From positions 1 through 36,597 of the forward strand of contig CAYRMX010000001.1 of NCBI GenBank assembly GCA_964425295.1: a stretch of DNA of 36,597 bases. Reading direction: 5' to 3'. Source of the stretch: an uncultured Oscillospiraceae bacterium. Its GTDB lineage: Bacteria > Bacillota > Clostridia > Oscillospirales > Oscillospiraceae. A model generated the notes under the pieces. That model was not told the DNA's origin, did not search any database, and worked only from the letters and a program-made list of their open reading frames with translations. Within the stretch, counting starts at the first letter, position 1; each line of letters starts with the position of its first letter. This document shows positions 17,180 to 26,816 of the stretch, in pieces. The position numbers and the translations under genes are program-made.

Positions 17180-19224
17180 GAACGTATATGACAAAATTCC
17201 TCTCCGCGCTGCTCCTCCTTGCCATGCTGATCTCCCTCGCGGCGGGCACAACTGTCTCCGCCGCGTCGGACGCCAACGTTGCCACGGTCTTTGAGGATTT
17301 CAGTCGCCTTGAGATCGGCGAAAAGGTCAAGAGCAAGTACGCCACCTGCGTCGAAGCCGAGGGCACACTGAACGCTTCGTGGGGTCTTGGCGCGCTCGGC
17401 GGCGTGAACAGTCTGCAATTCGGCTACACGTCCCTGCGCGGCTACCACACCATCGGCGGCGATCAGGGCTTCCAGGTCTATTTCAACGACCCGAAGCCCC
17501 TGAAGAACATGACCCACATCATGATCTATCTCAAGCTGCCCCTCTCCCGCGCCGACGACCTCGGCAACAACTGGGGCAAGAGCGGCTTTGCGCCGATGAT
17601 GTATCTCGGCGAGGACACTTGGGTGCAGCTCAACGACAAGACGCCCGTTGAGTATCTGTCCGTCAACAGCAACGAGTGGAAGACCACCGAATCCATCGCG
17701 CTGTATGTTGACTTGCCCTCCGGCTTCGAGGGCTATGTGAAGATCCCGCTGTCCGGCTACAAGGGCGATAACCTCACTAAGAAGATTCAGGAATACAGCG
17801 CGGAATACATGATCTTCCAGTTCTCCTCGATGGGCGCGCAGTGCGGCAATGCTTACATGAACGCTATCTACGGCGTCAGCTATAGCACCGACAGCACGAT
17901 GGCCTGTCTCAACGGCGACTACACCCCGCGCTACCTGCTCAACGGCGGCACTTACGGCGAGGGCTCGGCAGACAACCTCATGGAAAAGGCGATGACCGCC
18001 GAAGTGCTTCAGGACTGGTCGGGCTACTATGCCGGCTATGACCTGCTGGCAAACGGCATGGCCTCCACGAATAACAAGACCGACGTCAACTATACCCTCG
18101 TTGACAGCATCATCGGCGGCCCGTTCGACACCCCGACGGTCAAGATCTCCTCGAAGACCCTCGGCGGCTTCCACGACTCCGACCCGATGTATAACTTCAA
18201 CTACAGAGCCTACAGCGACATCAGTGAGATGAAGGCACTGCTGTTCTACATCAAGTGCGCCGCACCGCATCCGCAGAAGCCGTCGTGCTCGTCCATTCGC
18301 TTCAACATTCGCTCGACCAACGACGCGAACGAGGAAAAATGGACGCTCCTCGGCAACAGCTCCATCATCGCGATGGAAAACGGCACCGGCACGTGGAAGA
18401 GCTATGCCTCCCACGGTGACGGAAACGGCATCGTCGATCTGCCCGTCAACTTCGAGGGCTGGGTCATGGTCAACATCGAGGACATGCTGACCAACCCCAT
18501 CTGGGATAACCTCGACGGCAGAGTCGGCATCTCCACGACCATCCAGTTCCAGGCGGTCGGCGGCGAGGCAGGGGACTGCTTCTTCGGCCCGATCTACATG
18601 ATCACTAACATGGAGGGCAAGAACAAGAAGCTCATTACCCTCGACGGCTGCGATGTTCTCAGCCTTGCAACGAATTCGTGGGCAACGCAGAACGACCTGC
18701 TCAACATCGGCCCGGTCGTCGGCAAGAACTATGACACGTTCCCGCTGAGCACAGTCGAGGAGTATCCTACCGTCCGCAACGTGACCGCTTCCTCTGCCAT
18801 CCTCGAATGGCAGCCGGTCGAAAAGGCGAGCGAATATCGCGTCGACGTTTACTGCGACAGCACGGAAAATGAGCGCTTCTGCTACCTTTCCACGCACTCG
18901 CTGCTCACGGATGAATGCGCCCTCAAGCTCTCTGACCTCGAAAAGGGCATGAACTACTATTTCGTCGTCAACGCGATCGACGAAGCCGGTTCGGAACTCG
19001 CCGTCTTCAACAGCCAGTGTTTCACCACGCCCGCCGATCAGACGGACTATTCCGAGGAGACGATCACCCACACCTCCAAGGTTACGCTCGAAACGCCCGT
19101 GGTTGAGAAAGAATCCGTCCCCGTGGCGATCATCATTGCGGCTTCGGCACTCGTCGTGCTCGTCGTTGCGCTGGTGTGCGTCATTCTTGTGATCAAAAAA
19201 CGGAAAGTGGGGGTAGAGAAATGA
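17176..19224 (+). CDS. Membrane-anchored surface protein: 2 copies of the giant-protein module, FN3, C-terminal TM helix
   Basis: Signal peptide; LPSGFEGYVKI (17722) and LPVNFEGWVMV (18448); FN3-like VTASSAILEWQPV...LSDLEKGMNYYFVVNA; TM helix then KKRK. GTG 17176 overlaps the upstream stop (GTGA); ATG 17188 is an alternative. Confidence 0.85.
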   Translation: MRTYMTKFLSALLLLAMLISLAAGTTVSAASDANVATVFEDFSRLEIGEKVKSKYATCVEAEGTLNASWGLGALGGVNSLQFGYTSLRGYHTIGGDQGFQVYFNDPKPLKNMTHIMIYLKLPLSRADDLGNNWGKSGFAPMMYLGEDTWVQLNDKTPVEYLSVNSNEWKTTESIALYVDLPSGFEGYVKIPLSGYKGDNLTKKIQEYSAEYMIFQFSSMGAQCGNAYMNAIYGVSYSTDSTMACLNGDYTPRYLLNGGTYGEGSADNLMEKAMTAEVLQDWSGYYAGYDLLANGMASTNNKTDVNYTLVDSIIGGPFDTPTVKISSKTLGGFHDSDPMYNFNYRAYSDISEMKALLFYIKCAAPHPQKPSCSSIRFNIRSTNDANEEKWTLLGNSSIIAMENGTGTWKSYASHGDGNGIVDLPVNFEGWVMVNIEDMLTNPIWDNLDGRVGISTTIQFQAVGGEAGDCFFGPIYMITNMEGKNKKLITLDGCDVLSLATNSWATQNDLLNIGPVVGKNYDTFPLSTVEEYPTVRNVTASSAILEWQPVEKASEYRVDVYCDSTENERFCYLSTHSLLTDECALKLSDLEKGMNYYFVVNAIDEAGSELAVFNSQCFTTPADQTDYSEETITHTSKVTLETPVVEKESVPVAIIIAASALVVLVVALVCVILVIKKRKVGVEK

Positions 19225-20708
19225 AAAAATTAACCGCACTGATTGTTGCCGTTGCCTGTGTGCTGTGCCTCTGTGCCTGCACACAGGAGCAGCCCCAGCA
19301 GGCGCAGGGCAAGCAGGTCGACGAGCACATCGAGCTTTCACCGCTGCCCGCTGCGCAGTCGTACATGCTCAACTATAACCCCGATCGCGCATGGCGCGGC
19401 GAGGCATACGTCAACGTCGGCAACTCCATGATGGACGGACACACCCCGCAGGAAGACCCCACGGTCAATATCCGCCGCTTTGTGGAAAAGTATGCGCCGT
19501 ATGCCCCGCAGCTCTGCCAGACCTATTTCTACCTGTCCGCATACAAGAACAAGGCTGAGATCGATCAGGAGGGACTTGACCGCATCCAGCAGTGCTTCGA
19601 CTGCGCAAGAGAGCTTGGCATCAAGCTCAACGTCCGCTTTACTTATCAGTACGGCATGGGCGGCGCGGGCGAATCCACCGACGACATCATGCTCGGTCAT
19701 ATGGAGCAGCTTGCTCCGCTGGTCGAACAGAACAAGGACGTCATCCACGTCGTCGAGGCCGGCTTCATCGGCTCTTGGGGTGAGTGGCACTCCAGCAAGG
19801 AATTCCACAACGAGACGGCGATCCTCCGCGGCGTTCTTGCAATGACGCCGGAAGACATCTATGTTCAGGTGCGTCTGCCCGAATACAAGACCCTCATTCT
19901 CCCGACCGAGCCGGAATATGCGCGCATCGGCTTCCATGATGACGCCTTCTTCGGCTATCGCTACTGCGCCAACTCCGACGATCTGAACCCCGGTACGGAT
20001 TCGTGGAACCAGATCGTCAAAGAATCTGCCTACGTTCCCGTCGGCGGCGAGACCTTCTGGGGCTATGAAAGCAACGAAAAGGTCAACGGCTACGACGCGA
20101 TCAAGCAGTTCAGCGCATTCCGTCAGAATTCGTTCAGCATTTTCCACATGTTCATCGAAGACGGCGTAGGTCAGGGCTATGAGATCGAAAAATGGCAGTC
20201 CTTGCCGATCACTGCCGAGTGGCTGGAAAGCAACGGTATCCTCTATTCTCCGAACTGGTTCGGTGAGGACGGGAAGACCGAGCGCACCGTATTCGACTTC
20301 GTCAGTGACTACCTCGGCTACCGCCTTGAGGGTCAGCGCGCGAATGTCTCCGGCGAGATCAAGCCCAACGGTCTGCTGAAAGCCGATTTCACGCTCATTA
20401 ATTACGGCTTCTCCGCCGCGTTCAACATGAACAGCGGATTTGCGGTGCTCGATTCCGAGGGCAACCTCGTTTCCAGCTTCCCCGCGGGCGATCCGGAGAC
20501 GTGGAACAGCCGCGACCCGGAGAATTACGCCGACGCTTCTCCGATCGAGTACACCGTCAGCTCCGACATTCTTCTGCCCGAGGCGGCCGGTGAGTATCAA
20601 CTCGCGTTCTATCTTCAGAACAGTGCCGGAACGGGCGCCCGCCTGAATAACGACCTGACGTATTCCAACGGCTATTCCGTATTTTATACCTTTACCATTG
20701 AGGAGTAA
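19221..20708 (+). CDS. DUF4874/DUF4832 lipoprotein, putative glycoside hydrolase
   Basis: Lipobox LCAC; NPDRAW, RFTY, EAGFIGSWGEWH, RIGFHDDAF, PVGGET, LGYRL motifs; ATGA overlap; 495 aa. Confidence 0.8.
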   Translation: MKKLTALIVAVACVLCLCACTQEQPQQAQGKQVDEHIELSPLPAAQSYMLNYNPDRAWRGEAYVNVGNSMMDGHTPQEDPTVNIRRFVEKYAPYAPQLCQTYFYLSAYKNKAEIDQEGLDRIQQCFDCARELGIKLNVRFTYQYGMGGAGESTDDIMLGHMEQLAPLVEQNKDVIHVVEAGFIGSWGEWHSSKEFHNETAILRGVLAMTPEDIYVQVRLPEYKTLILPTEPEYARIGFHDDAFFGYRYCANSDDLNPGTDSWNQIVKESAYVPVGGETFWGYESNEKVNGYDAIKQFSAFRQNSFSIFHMFIEDGVGQGYEIEKWQSLPITAEWLESNGILYSPNWFGEDGKTERTVFDFVSDYLGYRLEGQRANVSGEIKPNGLLKADFTLINYGFSAAFNMNSGFAVLDSEGNLVSSFPAGDPETWNSRDPENYADASPIEYTVSSDILLPEAAGEYQLAFYLQNSAGTGARLNNDLTYSNGYSVFYTFTIEE

Positions 20709-20715
20709 TTGAAAC

Positions 20716-22077
20716 ATGAAAAAGATCCTTTGCCTTTTGCTTGCACTGCTGATGGTCTTCACCCTCTTTGCGTGCAGCAGCACCAAAGAGCCGACCGGTG
20801 ACAACACCGACTCCACCGCCGATACCCCCGACGTGACGGAAGATACGCCGTTCACCGGACTGGAAATGGAGTGGACGGAGCAGGACGAGATGTTCAAGTC
20901 CATCGCCGGCACGACCATCACCAAGATCGGCAACCCCGCCGACCTCGACGAGTGGTCGCTGCAGGTTCATCAGGAGTTCATGGAGCGTTATGACGTCAAG
21001 ATCAACTGGCTCAACATGACCTATGATGAGTACACCTCCAAGCTCCCGCAGCTCGTTGCCACCGGCAACGCCCCCGACACCGCCGTTATGACCGATGCCA
21101 CCTCCCTGGCTTTCATGTATCAGGGCCTGTGCGCTCCGATCGACGAATACCTCGATCTCGACGATCCTTACTGGGATCATGATGTACTCGAAGCTTACAA
21201 GATGGACGGTCACTACTATGCCGTCAACACCAATGAAGTTGAGACGTTCTTCGTCTACTACAACCGCACCCTCTTTGAAGAGCTGGCGCTCGACGATCCG
21301 TATGAGCTGTACATGAACGGCGAGTGGACGTATGACAAGCTGCGTGAGATCGCACAGAAGGCTACGATCTACGAAGACGACAACACCACCGTCAAGACCT
21401 ACGGCATCGGCACGCATGCCCGCGAAGTCTTCGTCCTTGCCAACGGCGGCAAGTTCATCGACTACGATGAGGCAAACAACACTTACGTTTCCACCCTCAA
21501 GGACAAGGCGACGATCACCGGTCTGAACTTCCTGCGCGACCTGATCGCCGACGGTTCGATGAACCCCTCTATTCAGGGCTTCACTGAATTCCCCGGCCGC
21601 AAGATCGCCATGTTTGTCGAGCGCCCGATGAACGCCATCGGCAACTATGACCTGCTCAACACGATGGAAGACGAGATCGGCATCGTTCCGTTCCCGCAGG
21701 GTCCGGACACCGACGTGACCTATGCGCCGAGCATCTTTGTCACCAACTTCGTCCCCACCAACTGCAAGAACCCGCTTGGCGGCATGGCTTGGAACTACTT
21801 CTGGGCACGCCGTCTGGCTGAGGGCGCTGAGGAGCGCGACGAAGCATGGGTCTACCGCAACAGCAAGATGATGAACGAAGAACACGAATCCATCATCAAC
21901 GACTATCTGGCGGGCGCAACGAAGCTCTCGTCCAAGATGGACTCCCTCGTCGGCTGGTCGACCAACTACCGCGAGACTTTCTGGGCTGACCTGATCTGGC
22001 AGCAGAAGTCTGCGGAAGAAGTCGCCGCGGCGATGGAAAACGTGCTGAATAACGCACTGAAAGACACTGTGGGCTAA
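20716..22077 (+). CDS. Carbohydrate ABC transporter solute-binding lipoprotein
   Basis: Lipobox LFAC; LVATGNAPD, YYNRTLFEE, GEWTYD, GIVPFPQGP; 453 aa. Confidence 0.9.
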   Translation: MKKILCLLLALLMVFTLFACSSTKEPTGDNTDSTADTPDVTEDTPFTGLEMEWTEQDEMFKSIAGTTITKIGNPADLDEWSLQVHQEFMERYDVKINWLNMTYDEYTSKLPQLVATGNAPDTAVMTDATSLAFMYQGLCAPIDEYLDLDDPYWDHDVLEAYKMDGHYYAVNTNEVETFFVYYNRTLFEELALDDPYELYMNGEWTYDKLREIAQKATIYEDDNTTVKTYGIGTHAREVFVLANGGKFIDYDEANNTYVSTLKDKATITGLNFLRDLIADGSMNPSIQGFTEFPGRKIAMFVERPMNAIGNYDLLNTMEDEIGIVPFPQGPDTDVTYAPSIFVTNFVPTNCKNPLGGMAWNYFWARRLAEGAEERDEAWVYRNSKMMNEEHESIINDYLAGATKLSSKMDSLVGWSTNYRETFWADLIWQQKSAEEVAAAMENVLNNALKDTVG

Positions 22078-22118
22078 GCCCAAAACTCGCATTTCATTCG
22101 GAAAGGGATGGTTCTCTC

Positions 22119-23030
22119 GTGAAAAAGCGCAATTTACTGCGTAAGAGAAATCGTTACGGGTATCTCTTTATTCTGCCGTGGCTGATCGGCATCGTCTTCT
22201 TCTTTGCACAGACGATCGTAAACCTGCTTCGGTATTCCTTCTGCGATCTTGAGATCGTCGCGGGGTCGGGCTATGTTTACGCGCCGCTGGAAAACGGCTT
22301 TGCCACGCACTATATTGACGCTTTCACGAGAGACGTCCAGTTTCCGCAGCTTTTGGTCAGTTCTCTGACCGACCTGCTGTATCGCATTCCCATCATTCTG
22401 GTCTTCAGTCTGGTGGTTGCGATGATTTTGAATCAGAACTTTAAGGGCAGGGGAGTGATGCGCTCCGTGTTCTTCGTTCCCCTGCTCATTTCCTCCGGCG
22501 TCATTGCCTCCATCATCAAGACGAGCCTGACCAGCACGGTCATGAGCGCAGATGCGTCGGACAACATCTTTAATGCGGCGCTGCTGACCAACATGCTCTA
22601 TGAGTTCGGTCTTCCGGATAACTTGGTCAGCACGGTCGGCTCGCTCGTCTCCAACGTGACTGACCTTGTCTGGCAGAGCAGCGTACAGATCATTGTCTTC
22701 ATCATGGGACTGATGACCATTCCGACTTCGCATTATGAAGTCGCGCACGTCGAGGGCGCGACCGCATGGGAAACGTTCTGGTATGTGACTTTCCCGGCAG
22801 TCTTCCCCTATATTTTCGTCAATTTGATCTATACCGTCATTGACCACTTCGTCAGCTATGACAATGCGGTCATGAAGTACATCATGGACGCGGCGTACAA
22901 GGATTACCGCTATTCCTACGCTGCGGCGATGTGCTGGATCTATTTTATCGTAATTGTCGCCGCGCTGGGCGCACTGGCGTGGGCTGTGTCGCTTCTTTCC
23001 CCGACGCGGGACAAGAAGGTCAAGCATTGA
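22119..23030 (+). CDS. Carbohydrate ABC permease (MalF/UgpA type)
   Basis: GYLFILPWLIG, RSVFFVP, EAA-loop variant YEVAHVEGATAWETFWYVTFP. Confidence 0.92.
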   Translation: MKKRNLLRKRNRYGYLFILPWLIGIVFFFAQTIVNLLRYSFCDLEIVAGSGYVYAPLENGFATHYIDAFTRDVQFPQLLVSSLTDLLYRIPIILVFSLVVAMILNQNFKGRGVMRSVFFVPLLISSGVIASIIKTSLTSTVMSADASDNIFNAALLTNMLYEFGLPDNLVSTVGSLVSNVTDLVWQSSVQIIVFIMGLMTIPTSHYEVAHVEGATAWETFWYVTFPAVFPYIFVNLIYTVIDHFVSYDNAVMKYIMDAAYKDYRYSYAAAMCWIYFIVIVAALGALAWAVSLLSPTRDKKVKH

Positions 23031-23041
23031 GGTGAAAAAGC

Positions 23042-24007
23042 ATGAGTAAGCACAAACAGAATGTCCGCAGCATTGCGGTCTCTCCGATTTATTATCTCGG
23101 AAAAGTCATTTGGAGCATCGTGCGCTTTTTCTTCCTCCTCGGAATGACCTTTATCATTCTCTATCCCGTCATGTATATGCTGAGTATGGCGTTCCGCGAC
23201 TCGATCGATATGTACGATTCGTCGATCGTCTGGATTCCGCGCCATTTTACACTGGATAATTTCAAGCTCCTGTTTTCGGAGATGGAATTCATTCCGGCAC
23301 TGAAAAATTCCGCAATTATTACGGTAGTTTGTACGGTTTTGCAGACGATCGTCTGCGCCATGACAGGCTACGGTTTCGCCATGTATAAATTCAAGGGGCA
23401 TAAGCTTCTGCTGGGTATCGCGATCTTTACGATCATTGTCCCGCCCCAGATGGTCAACCTGCCGAACTATCTGCTGTTCAGCGATTTCGACATTTTCGGC
23501 ATTCTCCATGCCATTACCGGCGCCGAGCGCACGTTCAGCATGCTCGACCGGTTCTATACGGTCTTCATCCTCGCGGCGCTTGGGCAGGGAATCCGTTCGG
23601 GTCTGTTCATCCTGATCTTCTACGCCTATTTCAAGGGCGTTCCGAAGGAATTGCAGGAGGCCGCCATGCTCGACGGCTGCGGTGAGGGCAAGCTGTTCAC
23701 CAAAATCATGCTCCGCAACGCCGGCGGCCCGCTGGTCACGACAATTCTGTTTTCCGCTGTCTGGTACTGGAACGATTATTACACCATGACCACGTTCTTC
23801 ACCAACATCCGCACCGTCTCCGTCAAGCTTTCCGGTCTGAGCACCTCACTGACGTCCGTTTTCGGCACGGAGGCTTACAACCCCTATAAGATTCTTACCA
23901 TCCAGCAGGCGGCGTGTATTATCGTGCTCGTGCCGGCGCTGCTGCTGTTCGTTGCGCTGCAAAAGAGATTCACCCGCAGTGTTCTGACCTCTGGTCTGGT
24001 CGGTTAG
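23042..24007 (+). CDS. Carbohydrate ABC permease (MalG/UgpE type)
   Basis: WIPRHFTLDNF, PKELQEAAMLDGC, WYWNDY, LQKRF. Confidence 0.93.
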   Translation: MSKHKQNVRSIAVSPIYYLGKVIWSIVRFFFLLGMTFIILYPVMYMLSMAFRDSIDMYDSSIVWIPRHFTLDNFKLLFSEMEFIPALKNSAIITVVCTVLQTIVCAMTGYGFAMYKFKGHKLLLGIAIFTIIVPPQMVNLPNYLLFSDFDIFGILHAITGAERTFSMLDRFYTVFILAALGQGIRSGLFILIFYAYFKGVPKELQEAAMLDGCGEGKLFTKIMLRNAGGPLVTTILFSAVWYWNDYYTMTTFFTNIRTVSVKLSGLSTSLTSVFGTEAYNPYKILTIQQAACIIVLVPALLLFVALQKRFTRSVLTSGLVG

Positions 24008-24017
24008 GAGGAACGCC

Positions 24018-26816
24018 ATGCAACACATTCCATTCAAACGGCTTCTTTCCGCCGCGCTTTCCGTTGTGCTGCTGTTCGGGCTGTCCGCTTCGGCTGTGCC
24101 CGTCAGAGCGGTCGAGCCGAGCAGAACGCCGATCTTGCTCACGGAGAGCCGCACGGGACAAACGATCGAATTTTTCGAGGAAGACACGGTTGCGCTGACA
24201 GAGGGCGAGAGCCACAGTCTTACCCTCACGGTGGCAGAGCGCGGCGAATACCGCCTTTCCGTCTGCTACCGCGCCCTGCCCGGGCGGCAGGTCAACCCGG
24301 AAGCGTCCTTTACGCTGACGGGCGAGGGTGTTTCTCTCAAGCAGTCGGCAAAATTTGCCAGAAGATGGCTCGACCTGCGCATGGGTGACCGTTTCGAAAA
24401 AGATTCCGGCGGCAACGAAGTTCTGCCGAAGAGCTTTGAGGAATCCGTCTGGCAGCAGGCGGTCTACGGGCTGTCCGGCGAGCAGGGCAGTGCGGCGGTC
24501 GCGCTGGAAGCAGGGGAGTATACCCTGACGATCACCATGTCGGCGGAATCCGTCGAGCTGGGCGATATCCGCCTGCTGTCCGACACCGTGCAGAGCTATG
24601 AGACTTATCTTGCCTCTGCCGGAAGTGAGGATAGCTCGAATGCCGAGCCCATCCGTCTGGAAACGGAACTGATCTCCGCCAAGTCCGATTCCTCCATCAT
24701 CGCGACCTATGACCGTTCTTCGCCCACCATCAGCCCGAACTATCCCGACGTCATTGCCCTGAACATCGTCGGCGGTGGCTCGTATGCCGAGCAGGGACAG
24801 TGGATCGAGTGGCAGTTCGACGTTGCGCAGGGCGGGTTTTATACCGTCGATGTCCGCTATCAGCAGGACAGCCTGCGTGAGCTTGGCGTCGGGCGTAAGA
24901 TCTACCTCGACGGCACGATCCCTTTTGCCGAATTTGAAAACTATCTGTTCCCGTATGGAAACAGCTATGAAACGATGACGTTGGCAGACAGCGAGGGCGC
25001 GCCTTACCGCCTCTACCTGACGCAGGGCACGCACACCCTCCGCATGGAAGTCAGCCAGACCCATCTTGAGCACGCCATCATCCAACTGCGTACCTATATT
25101 GAGGAATGCAACTCGATGTACCGCCGCATCATCAGCATCACCGGCGCAAACCCCGATATTTATCGCGACTACTATCTCGACAAGGAACTTCCGGAGCTGA
25201 TGCCGTTCCTCGACGATTCCCTGACCCGCCTGACGGCGTTGGCGGAGGAGATCGAGCAGTGCTCCGAGGATGGCGAGGGCAGCGAAACGTCCGTCATCTA
25301 TGAGACGATCCGCACGATGGAAAACTTCATCGACAAGCCCTATAAGATCCCCGCAACACTGAGCGAGTTCAAAAACCGCATCGACGCGCTTGCCGACCTC
25401 ATCTTGACGCTAGAGACGCAGGCGCTCACGCTGGATTACATCACCTTTGCTCCGGCAACGGACGTTCCGCCGGAGGAGGAAGGCTTCTTCGCCCGCATCT
25501 GGTCGGCGATCAAGAGCTTCTTCAGATATATCGCGTTCCGCTTTGAGGCGTTCATCGACTCGTTCTCCGGCGACGAAAAGACGACGTCCGGCGACGGCGA
25601 GCGCACGATCCGCGTCTGGATCAATATGGGCGATATCCTCGTCAGCGGCTCTGCGTCGGGCCGTGACCAGATGCAGATCATCCGCCAGCTTGCCGATGAC
25701 AGCTTCACCGGCGAGCACAACATTTCGGTCGAATTCTCGCTGGTCAGCGCGGGCGACACTCTTTCGCAGGCGATCCTTGCCGGAAAAGGTCCCGATGTGG
25801 CACTGTTTGTCGGCGAGCAGACCGTGGTCAACCTCGGCATCCGCGGCGTCCTTGCGGACATGACACAGATGGACGGATATGACGACCTTGCATCGCAGGT
25901 CTATCCCTCGGCGCTCGTGCCGTTCGCGTTTGACGGCGGCGTTTACGCCATGCCGGAGACGCAGACGTTCAACATGATGTTCGTCCGCGACGACATTTTC
26001 GAAGAACTGGGGCTGGAAGTCCCGAACACTTGGGACGAATTCTACGCCGTGCAGAAAAAGCTCGCGGAGAAAAAGCTGGAGATCGGCATTCCCGAGGGAC
26101 AGGGCATCTTTGAGATGCTGCTCATGCAGCGCGGCGGCTCAATCTATAACGAGGACTGCACCGCCAGCGGACTGAAGTCGCAGGAATCCGTCGAGGCGTT
26201 TACCCAGTGGACCGACCTTTATCTGAAGCATTCGCTGCCACTCTCGTTCAGCTTTGTCAACCGCTTCCGCACGGGCGAAATGCCGATGGGCATTATGACC
26301 TACACGACGTACAACCAGCTCTGCGTGGCAGCACCGGAGATCAAGGGACAGTGGTCGATGTACCCCGTGCCCGCGACCGTTCGCGAAGACGGCACACTCG
26401 ACCGCACGCAGAGCAGCACGAACACCGGCTGCATCGTCATGAGCGGCTCGGAGGAGCTGGACGCGGCATATGAATTCGTGCAATGGTGGATCGACAGTGA
26501 GACGCAGACGGAGTTCGGTCGTCAGGTCGAGTCCGTTCTGGGCAAGTCCGCCCGTTACAACACCGCAAACGCGGTGACCTTTGAAGAACTGAACTGGACG
26601 AACAGCGAGCTGGAGACGCTGCGCGATGCGCGCGAGGATGTCTCCGACGTCCCCCAGACGATGGTCACCTACTATGTTTCCCGCTGCGTTACCAACGCTT
26701 TCCGGCGCGTGGTCTACAGCTATGAGAAGCCGCGCGATGTCATTTACCGCTACAGTGACGATCTGGATTTGGAATTTGAGCGCAAGCGCGAAGTCATGGA
26801 GGGTTATGAGGAATGA
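24018..26816 (+). CDS. Large (932 aa) solute-binding protein with N-terminal CBM6/35-like beta-sandwiches
   Basis: Non-lipoprotein signal peptide; GQWIEWQFDVAQGGFYTVDVRY and LYLTQGTHTLRM; C-terminal SBP motifs AGKGPDV, YAMPETQTF, VPNTWDE, RFRTGEMPMGI. Confidence 0.88.
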   Translation: MQHIPFKRLLSAALSVVLLFGLSASAVPVRAVEPSRTPILLTESRTGQTIEFFEEDTVALTEGESHSLTLTVAERGEYRLSVCYRALPGRQVNPEASFTLTGEGVSLKQSAKFARRWLDLRMGDRFEKDSGGNEVLPKSFEESVWQQAVYGLSGEQGSAAVALEAGEYTLTITMSAESVELGDIRLLSDTVQSYETYLASAGSEDSSNAEPIRLETELISAKSDSSIIATYDRSSPTISPNYPDVIALNIVGGGSYAEQGQWIEWQFDVAQGGFYTVDVRYQQDSLRELGVGRKIYLDGTIPFAEFENYLFPYGNSYETMTLADSEGAPYRLYLTQGTHTLRMEVSQTHLEHAIIQLRTYIEECNSMYRRIISITGANPDIYRDYYLDKELPELMPFLDDSLTRLTALAEEIEQCSEDGEGSETSVIYETIRTMENFIDKPYKIPATLSEFKNRIDALADLILTLETQALTLDYITFAPATDVPPEEEGFFARIWSAIKSFFRYIAFRFEAFIDSFSGDEKTTSGDGERTIRVWINMGDILVSGSASGRDQMQIIRQLADDSFTGEHNISVEFSLVSAGDTLSQAILAGKGPDVALFVGEQTVVNLGIRGVLADMTQMDGYDDLASQVYPSALVPFAFDGGVYAMPETQTFNMMFVRDDIFEELGLEVPNTWDEFYAVQKKLAEKKLEIGIPEGQGIFEMLLMQRGGSIYNEDCTASGLKSQESVEAFTQWTDLYLKHSLPLSFSFVNRFRTGEMPMGIMTYTTYNQLCVAAPEIKGQWSMYPVPATVREDGTLDRTQSSTNTGCIVMSGSEELDAAYEFVQWWIDSETQTEFGRQVESVLGKSARYNTANAVTFEELNWTNSELETLRDAREDVSDVPQTMVTYYVSRCVTNAFRRVVYSYEKPRDVIYRYSDDLDLEFERKREVMEGYEE

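Noticed and set aside
22070-22082. tgggc-taa-gccca hairpin at the SBP stop codon
   Set aside because: Stem too short and no U-tract, so it cannot be called a terminator.
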